NCBI RefSeq assembly: GCF_006345805.1
Contig: NW_021832483.1
Span: 1-30,572 of the forward strand
DNA: 30,572 nt
Direction: 5' to 3'
Origin: Octopus sinensis
Taxonomy: Eukaryota
Shown here: piece by piece, positions 22,066 through 30,572 of the stretch
Numbering within the stretch: the stretch's first letter is position 1
Layout: every line of letters begins with the position of its first letter
Program-made: the position numbers and the translations under genes
The notes under the pieces: model-generated
What the model saw: only the letters and a program-made list of their open reading frames with translations
Told to the model about the DNA's origin: nothing
The model's database searches: none

Positions 22066-22299
22066 AAACCAGTCGTCGAAACTCTGAAAACAGAGGAAAT
22101 GGAATCAGAAGAGATATTTAATAAGGAGGTCTGCATAGAGAGATGTAATAGGGAGCTGACAACAGATGTAGTGAAGAGAGAGAGAGGGGGGAGGGGGGAA
22201 GGTTTGGTTGAATCAGTAAGAAGATATGGGTGAAACGATGACAATTCATGTGGATGAGAGAATAGCAATCAATGAAGTTGATTGGGTCAGTAGTTGTGG

Positions 22300-22303
<4 letters not shown>

Positions 22304-22376
<73 letters not shown>

Positions 22377-22382
22377 GAGAGC
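22304..22382. repeat. (GA)n microsatellite
   Basis: Direct. Confidence 0.95.
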
Positions 22383-22455
22383 GAACACAGATATAGTAGA
22401 GGCAGTGGGGAGAGGAGGGGCGGTGGTAATCATAACGTTTTAACAATCAGTGGAA

Positions 22456-23086
22456 ATGTATGTATGTATATATATGTGTATGTGCGTGTGTATGTATGTA
22501 TGCGTGTATGTGTGTGTGTATGTATGTATGTATGTATGTATGTGTGTATGTATGTATGTGTGTATGTATGTATGTATGTGTGTATGTATGTGTGTATGTA
22601 TGTGTGTATGTATGTATGTATGTGTGTGTGTATGTATGTATGTATGTATGTGTGTATGTATGTATGTATGTATGTATGTATGTGTGTATGTATGTATGTG
22701 TGTATGTATGTATGTGTGTATGTATGTATATATGTATGTATGTATGTATGTGTGTATGTATTGTATATATATGTATGTATGTGTATGTGTGTATGTATGT
22801 ATGTATGTGATGTATGTATGTAGTGTGTATGTGTGTATGTAATGTATGTATGTATGTATGATAGTATGTGTATGTATGTATGTATGTATGTGTGTATGGT
22901 GTGTACGTATGTGTGTATGTATGTGTGTATGTATGTATGTATGTGTGTGTGTATGTATGTATGTGTGTATGTATGTATGTATGTGTGTATATATGTATGT
23001 ATATATGTATGTATGTATATGTGTGTATGTATATGTGTATGTACGCCCGTACTATTATGTACGTACGTACATACGTATGTATATAT

Positions 23087-23132
<46 letters not shown>

Positions 23133-23145
23133 CAGCAGCAGCAAT
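22456..23145. repeat. (TATG)n/(TG)n microsatellite followed by (TAG)n/(CAG)n
   Basis: Direct. Confidence 0.95.
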
Positions 23146-23232
23146 AGCAGAAGCCAGAAATATAGTGTAGAAAGTGACAACATCCGTTATAATATATAGA
23201 GTAAGAATAAATAAGTCGTGACGACGAGAAAG

Positions 23233-23320
23233 CAATAATAATAATAAATAATAATAATATAATAATAATAATAACAACAACAATAATTAATTAATAATAA
23301 TAATAATATAATATAATAAC

Positions 23321-23360
<40 letters not shown>

Positions 23361-23394
23361 TAATAATAATTTAATGATAATAATAATAATAATA

Positions 23395-23431
<37 letters not shown>

Positions 23432-23449
23432 TAATAATAATAATAATAA
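23233..23449. repeat. (AAT)n microsatellite, 5' flank of the R4/Dong element
   Basis: Direct. Confidence 0.95.
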
Positions 23450-26400
23450 ACAAGCTTGCCAATGTTAGAAGAAACATTATAAAAAAGAATTACTGACTGA
23501 AGTAGAGATTGATCAGGTTAGACAAGCAATATCGGGATAAAATGAACGAAGCTGCAGCTAGAGAAGATAATACAGAGGAAATGATTATAGACCAGCCCAG
23601 GGCTGATAAAAACGAAGAGAGGATTGAAAGAGTTAGTATAAGTGATAGGCAAAGTGAAATACGCCCTGAACCAATCATAAACACTAAGACAGATGAGCAT
23701 CAAATAGATAAAGAAAGTCACACAAATATTGACCCAACAGAACTACATGAGCTAAAAAATCAAATCATGATTGAATGGCTGAAAATTAAAGAACCAGCAT
23801 GGATGAGCGTGATTACACTTCCTAAAATCCGCAACTCTAACCAAAACATGAAAATAATTGGTAAAATCCGGCTTGCACTTAAGGATATAATTTCAGTTAA
23901 TGATGTTGATATCACAAACCTCAACCACCTATACTATGCATCCGCGAAAATCTCAACGATCCTATGTGGTGTAAAGATTAGAAAACGGCAACAGTCCCAC
24001 AAAAAGCCTTCTTGGCAAGAGCGTCTGCAACAACAATTAAAATATTTAGATCTGACATTGAATATTTGAAAAACCTTAAGGCTCACAAGATTACCAAACC
24101 TACAAAAACCCAAAAATTACTGAAAAAATACAATATGAAAACTATACTTGATATTGATGCACCATAGAAACCATCAAACAAAAGGTATCTGCCAAAGCTG
24201 CCGCATAGCGAGGTATGAAAAGCGTATTAGATTCTTCAGGGACAACAACATGTTCAAAATAAACACCAAGAATTTTTACAGGAAGATAGGAAAAAAAGCG
24301 TTTACTGCAGGGTCTGTACCATCAAAGAAGAAAGAGTGCAGAGATTTTGGAATAAAATCTGGGCAGAAGAAAAAAACACAAACGAAAAGGCCCCCTGGAT
24401 TGACAGAATATCTACAGAATTGGCCCTTAGAAGAGCAAAAGTGGAGGGGTGTCAAGGTAGAAGATATAAGATGCTCTCAGGAGGTCAAGCAAATGGAAGT
24501 CTCCAGGAAAGGATAAAACTAACTTCTGGCTGAATGCCTTCCCAGAGAGCCATGAACTGCTAACAGAACTGTACAATGATGTTTTGCAACACCCTAGTAG
24601 GATGCCTCCTTGGCTAGTTAATGGGTTAACATTCCTGCTTCCAAAAAGTGAAGAAAAACAAATGAACCAAAAAACTATAGACCCATAACCTGCTTAACAA
24701 CTATGTACAAAACACTAAAATCTGTCCTGACGGAATATACCTATAGTTTTTTAACAGACAGCAGCATATTCCCTAATGAACAGAAAGGATGTAAACGTGG
24801 ATCCTACGGCTGTAAAGACCAACTACTCATCAATAAGATGATCTTAGAAGATTGTCACAAACGACACAAAAACTTATCATAGCCTGGATAGACTATAAAA
24901 GGCTTTTGATAGCCTACCACATAGCTGGATTAGGAAATGCCTTGAATGTATAAGATAGCACCAACTCTGCGAAACTTCTTGACTGTAAGTATGAGATCAT
25001 GGAGAACCACACTAACTCTGAACAGTGACAGTGAATCCCTAAATGCTGGTGATGTAAAAATTTCGTGTGGCATTTTCCAGGGTGACTCACTGTCACCACT
25101 CCTCTTTTGTTTATCCTTAATACCTCTCTCAAAGCTGCTCAATGTGCGCAGTACGGGTATAAAATGTTTGATAAAAATATAAATCATCTCGTTTACATGG
25201 ATGATTTAAAGCTTTTTGCAAAAAATGATCAACAACTCAAGGGCTTACTAGCGATAGTCAAACAATTCAGTGACGACATCAGAATGCAATTCGGCCTCGA
25301 TAAATGTGCAAGGCTACCTTTATCAAAGGAAAAATGACAGAAACATCTAACGTAACCTTGACCAACAGAATGTAAAAAGAACTAGACCCAGCGGAGAGCT
25401 ACAAGTACCTAGGGATAATTGAAGGGAACGGAATAAGGCATTCAGAGATGAAGGAAAGGATCAGGAGAGAATGCTATCGAAGAGTGAGAGCAATACTCAA
25501 GACAGAGCTGAATGCAAGAAACAGGATCGAAGCAATCAATGCATTAGCTATACCAGTCGTGACTTACAGTTTCAATATTGTTAACTGGTCAATTACTGAA
25601 ATATGTCAGCTCGACAGAAAAATAAGGAAACTGTTGACAATGCATAGAATGCACCACCCTAAGGCAGATACAGAACGACTCTATCTGCAAGAAAAGAGGG
25701 AGCCGTGGTCTTTTTGCAACTGGCAGTAACAATGAAGATTGCTACAATTGGCCTAGACACCTACCTGAAAAACTCTGAGGACTGGATGCTAAAACTTGTC
25801 TCAAAACATGAAAAGAAGAAAGCATCATACTCAGTCACAAAACAGGCAAAGGAATATCTAAGTGAATTCCGAATACAACCAATTTCGGAATTAGAGATAG
25901 ATATACAAAGAAACAAGCACAGAAAAGCTAGGCGCATGAAAACCCGTGCCAAAACTGCGGCCTTAGATATTCTGAATAATAAATGGCAAGAAAAAACCTC
26001 TCTATGGCAAATACCCAAAGAGAGCGAATAATGCAGATATCGACAAAGCCCTGACCCATCAATGGCTAATGGCCTCTGGCTTAAAATCTGAAACAGAGAG
26101 GGGTTATCATAGCAGCTCAAGATCAATGCCTACCAACAAGAAACTACCAGGCCAACATATTAAAGATCAGAAGCAGTCCAACGTGTCGTGTATGCAAGCA
26201 ACAAAATGAAACCATTGACCATGTGGTCTCCAAGTGCAGTCTTCTAGCGCCTACAGAGTATCTCAACAGGCACGATAGAGCTGCACAATATATTCACTGG
26301 GTAATCTGTAAAAACCTGGATTTGCCCCATGAAAAAAACTGGTGGGAACACAAACCACCCCCAGTGCTTGAAATGACCACATCTCACTCCTCTGGAACTT

Positions 26401-26753
26401 CACCATTCAAACTGACAGGAAGATAGATGCAAATAGGCCAGACATCATATTGAAAAACTTCAAACAAAGAACATGCCTCCTCATTGATATGACTGTCCCA
26501 ATCGATATAAACGTATCTGTCAAGACCTACCAAAAAACTGAGCAAATATAAAGATCTTGAAATAGAAATCAGCAAAATGTGGAAGCTGAAGACTAAAACA
26601 ATACCTGTTTGACATAGGTGCCCTGGGAATGATAGCAAAAGGGGCTGTATAGCTACCTAACTCAGATACCAGGAAACCCAAAAAATGGCAGAAGTTCAAA
26701 AGATAGTGCTCATGGGAACTGCTCATATCCTACGCAAAATACTCTCTATGTAA
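23450..26753 (+). pseudogene. Frameshifted R4/Dong ORF (reverse transcriptase / restriction-like endonuclease)
   Basis: Consecutive ORF-track fragments 23509-24069, 24148-24516, 24946-25182, 25107-25337, 25448-25729, 25705-26031 and 26223-26426 tile one polyprotein. Confidence 0.92.
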
Positions 26754-26968
26754 TCTCAAGGTTTAAAACAAACATAATTTTCGGTTTAAAAAAAAAAAAA
26801 AAAAAAACCTTTTTTTTTTAGACATTCATTAGTACAACATCCCCACCCCCCAAATATATGGCACACTAGGCATAACAACAACATGAACTTCCAACCCTGT
26901 TGTCTCTTGAGGTCTCTGGGTGAGACTTGGAGCCAACTTGTACAAATATAAAGCAAAAGTCAAACATA

Positions 26969-26970
<2 letters not shown>
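23450..26970 (+). mobile_element. R4/Dong-clade non-LTR retrotransposon, 5'-truncated, ~3.5 kb (RT + CCHC + RLE), subfamily 1
   Basis: RT motifs GIFQGDSLSPLLF (~25069) and YMDD (25194-25205). CCHC knuckle CRVCKQQNETIDHVVSKC (26184-26237). RLE RPD (26435-43)...KYKDLEIEI. Stop at 26751-53. The 3' UTR ends in (AAT)n, and (AAT)n also flanks the 5' end. Confidence 0.95.
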
Positions 26971-27006
<36 letters not shown>

Positions 27007-27559
27007 GTGATAATAATAACAGAGAAGACAGTAACGGCAATAGGAATGATTGGCGGCACATTGGGACGGAGTGATATCAATCGAATGCGATGAAAGGAAC
27101 AGGTTGACGGTATCATTACGGACAACAGGTCATATAATTATGTCAGCGATATTCTTAGCTGGACGCCAGGTGAAACAGTTTAATGACAATGATACGTTAA
27201 ACTATGCAGGGACGGCAGTTTTGTAAAACAAAAGCTATTTTCGTCGTTTAACACTTACTGACGTTCGTCGGCGAGTTTCAGAAACGGGGCTTCTTTGGAA
27301 TGTAAAGTGATAATACCATTTCGACTTAGGGAAGAGACTTTAACGTCGTGTGGTGGGCAACGGACGGAAGTGAAATTGCATGGCATGAGAAACAATTACA
27401 GGAATACATTAATAAAATAATTGTTATTAATTAATAGTCGTTTACAAGTCGTCGTGTGTCGTAATTAATTAAAACTTAAAGTGATTCACAAAAGTGTATG
27501 TAATAAGATTCTAACTCGTGTCGCGGTTTTACAGCTCCTATCTTCTGGTGTTAAATATT

Positions 27560-27571
27560 AGTAGCAGTAGC

Positions 27572-27636
<65 letters not shown>

Positions 27637-27770
27637 AATAGTAGTAGTATAGTAGTAGTATAGTAGTAGTAGTAGTAGTAGTGATGGTGGTGGTGGTGGT
27701 ATTAGTAGTAGTAGTGGTAGTAGTAGTAGTGGTGGTAGTGGTGGTGGTGGTGGTGGTGGTGGTGGTTGTT
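27560..27770. repeat. (TAG)n/(TGG)n microsatellite
   Basis: Direct. Confidence 0.95.
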
Positions 27771-28479
27771 AAGCAACAAGACGTGTAAGGGTGAATAGGT
27801 AATGGTCTAGGGCTTAGGGGTGGGAGACCCCAGACCTTGGAAAAAAGAAAACTTTGGTCGCCTTGTTGTAGTCGAGGGCTCTTCGTTGACGCCCGACACC
27901 ACTGGGAGGTGGCCCTCGAAGTCGCTGGAAATGGAGATCTCCAGATCCAAATTGTTGAACGGCTGCTGTTGGTGGTGGTGGTACCAATTGTTGTAGTAGT
28001 AGTAGCAGTAGTAGTAGTATAGTAGTAGTAGTAGTAGTAGTAGACGACTAACCATTAATGAAAGTGGGACCACGATTCCTTTATATTTCTGATTTCAATT
28101 ACTGCCACCGCAATCTATTCTGTGTGTCATTCACCTCGAGCCGATACGGCATCAACTTTATTTCACTGGTCTTCACAGAATCAATTTCATATTTTCTTCT
28201 TTTACAAATGAGTGAATTTTGTGCCAATCCAAAACCCCGCCGACTCAGGACCTTTAACGGCAGTCACCCTCTTTCAGTCAGTTGTACTGGATGACATCTG
28301 CTTGAGAAAATATAAACAGTTGACGTGCTTTCACTCATCTGTATCTTTCCCCTCCGCATATATAATGCTTTCTAAAGTTTATAAGTAGAAAAGGTTTCTC
28401 AGCAGAGACACAACGACAGAAATTTGAGCCCGGACCTTTTCCCCACAAGTTTATATTTAGTTTATCTTTGTAATGACCA

Positions 28480-28730
28480 CATATATCCTTCAGCTACTTA
28501 ACGTTAAATTTGTCTTTATCTGTTTCAAGTATTCTCCGCGAGTGTCTCGTTGGCGATTTTCTTTCTCCGTCTTCCCTTCTTTGAACTTTTTCTGTATTTC
28601 TGATGAAGAGCTCCGTTCGAAACATGAAGTCCTCTTTCTTTTCTTTTCTTTCCTGAGCGTCCAAAAACACAGTACTTGTTCCACGTCCTCGCGTTGTTGT
28701 TTTTTCTTGCTTGTTCATGTTTGGATTGAC
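28480..28730 (+). mobile_element. Dispersed repeat with degenerate minimal hammerhead (Penelope-like pLTR type)
   Basis: CTGATGA-A-GAGC-TCC-GTTC-GAAAC at 28600-28623. The 3' part is shared with 1268-1366. Ends in (TA)n. Confidence 0.6.
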
Positions 28731-28828
<98 letters not shown>

Positions 28829-28834
28829 TGTGTA

Positions 28835-28995
28835 ACAAAAGACGAAGGCAAGTGGTGTAGACAACAAACAGATATATTAGTTTAACGCTCGAGAAGTGAA
28901 AAATTCTTTAACGTTTCGAGCCTACGCTCTTCCACAGAAAGGAACACAGAAAGAAACAAGGAGAGAAAATAAGGAATGTGTAGTGGCTAGCAATC
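28835..28995 (-). mobile_element. Related dispersed repeat with degenerate minimal hammerhead
   Basis: Minus strand CTTT-CTGTGGA-A-GAGC-GTAG-GCTC-GAAAC-GTT-AAAG (28906-28941), followed by a GAGCGT-containing pyrimidine-rich tail like that of 28480-28730. Confidence 0.6.
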
Positions 28996-29595
28996 TGTGT
29001 GTGTGTGTATAAGTAATATTCGTAGCAACTTTAACATGGCTGTCCGTTCGAGCGAACTCTACTGCGATTTTTTTAACCCCAAGAGGACATCTCCAGCTGG
29101 TTAACGATGCGAGTTGCAGCAGGGGAGCGAACCCCTACCATCTCCGAGCGACGGGACCAGTAGACCAGTCCTGGTTTCGGGCGATTTCTGCCACTCCTCA
29201 GTATTGGACATCTCGTCTGCTAGAGATGATAGCAGCTCGCTTATATACAGATTCTGCGTCACCAACTAACGTGTTATATATTATGCCAAAAGCATTTGGT
29301 CAGTTTCTTCCTATATATGAGAAATTGAGTTTCCAGTTTTCTGGATTACCGAACAATAAGAGCGCAATCTTTTCATGAAGGTACAACAATCAAAGAAACG
29401 GTTCTGTAAGAAGATTCCCATTTATTGTTCTGTTTATCGAAAAGAAAAAAAAATTTCTTTGTAAAATAAATAAACGGGACTTAAATGAACCGGAAACATG
29501 AAAATAAGGAACTTTTCCTACAAGTAACCTGGCGCCATTGCGAGGTGTTTCAATGACTAAACATCCATTGCTAATTTAACCATACAACACGCGGT

Positions 29596-29805
29596 CTGTT
29601 GTTCTTTTACTTGATTGCAACCATGCTGGAGCACTGCCTTGAAGGGTTTTAGTCGAACAAATCAACCCCAGGACTTATTTTTTTAAGCCTAGTTTTTATT
29701 TTATCGTTCAACTTTGCCGAACCGATAGGTTATGAGGACGCAAATACACCAACACCAGTTGCCAAGCCGTGATGGGGACAGATACAGACACAAAGACACA
29801 CACAC
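29596..29805 (-). mobile_element. SINE family B, 3' half
   Basis: Diverged reverse complement of 3445-3628 (CCATGCTGGAGCAC...CCCCAGGACTTA...GCCGAACCG). Confidence 0.8.
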
Positions 29806-29967
29806 ATAGATATACACACATACATATACATATATAAATATATAGAAAAATGTGTAATTACATATAAGAGAGCAAAGTGTACGTACGCCGCTATATATCA
29901 TATCTATATCTTATCTATAGTATAATATAATTATATATATATATATTATATATATATATATATAATA

Positions 29968-30141
29968 CAAAATGGGACAAGAAACGCAAACATCCGGACA
30001 GCTAGGTGATACAAAAAGGGACAACAAAGCATCCAGATAGACGATACAAAGAAAACAAGGACGGGTCAGTCGAAGCCCTCTATCCTCAGTCAAGTACCAG
30101 GTTATCCTCGCAATTTCGGCTGATTATTCTTGAGATTGCTC
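29968..30141. mobile_element. Unclassified repeat nested in the central microsatellite of SINE B
   Basis: Non-microsatellite block with an internal GGGACAA...CATCC duplication, lying between the two halves of SINE B. Confidence 0.45.
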
Positions 30142-30302
30142 ACGACGGGTTCCTTTCATTTTCCGTCTGTTAAATCCACTCACAAGGCTTTGGTTGGCCC
30201 GAGGCTATAGCAGAAAACACTGCCCAAGGTGCCACGCATTGAAACTGAACCCGGAACCATGTGGTTGGGAAGCAAGCTTCTTACCACACAGCCACACCTG
30301 CG
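30142..30302 (-). mobile_element. SINE family B, 5' half
   Basis: Reverse complement of 3135-3300. Confidence 0.88.
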
Positions 30303-30331
30303 TGTGTATATATATATATATATATATACAT

Positions 30332-30395
<64 letters not shown>

Positions 30396-30545
30396 CATAC
30401 ATACATACATACATACATACATACATACCACATACATACATACATACATACATACATACATACATACATACATACATACATGCGTACATATATACATATA
30501 CATACACAAATATATATACATACATGCATACATACATTCATACAT
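30303..30545. repeat. (TA)n/(TACA)n microsatellite
   Basis: Direct. Confidence 0.95.
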
Positions 30546-30572
30546 AAGAACCCACAATATGGTAGAAGCCAT

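Noticed and set aside
15365-23477. Poly-I/L/N/Y/V and CV/YI ORFs in the ORF track (also 99-518, 28473-28851, 30194-30572)
   Set aside because: These are translations of microsatellites.
27360-27375. ETS/GABP-like CGGAAGTG promoter motif
   Set aside because: A single short motif with no linked gene or CpG island; expected by chance.
27790-28000. GC-richer block between TAG/TGG repeats as a possible host exon
   Set aside because: No recognisable protein in any frame and no supported splice context. It is left unclassified.
30060-30095. CTGAGGA core-like motif on the minus strand of the nested repeat
   Set aside because: There is no GAAA partner and no closing helix I in this copy.

Overview
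Gene-free, repeat-saturated eukaryotic DNA. The SINE families and microsatellite load suggest an Octopus/cephalopod genome (inference). No host protein-coding gene, rRNA, true tRNA or CRISPR can be supported. Recognisable content: tRNA-derived SINEs of three families, a full-length decayed mariner (3782-5068, DD34D), further mariner fragments, a probable solo LTR, a CR1-like LINE fragment, three distinct R4/Dong-type RLE retrotransposons sitting in (TAA)n, a ~560-bp non-coding TAA-associated retroposon family, and many microsatellites. The key feature is a 7.9-kb array of ~540-bp units (5901-13812). About 12.6 units run one way, then an inversion, then about 2 units run the other way. Every unit carries a Type I minimal hammerhead-ribozyme-like motif (CGAG-CCGATGA-stem II-GAAAC-GTAC-GTT/CTCG) with a palindromic loop III. 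Both arms point inward from (TA)n flanks as the antisense (cDNA) copy of the hammerhead strand. This fits a retrozyme/Penelope-type self-cleaving RNA copied reiteratively and inserted by twin priming (inference; an assembly artefact is not excluded). Two more degenerate minimal hammerhead motifs lie at 28596-28630 (+) and 28906-28941 (-).
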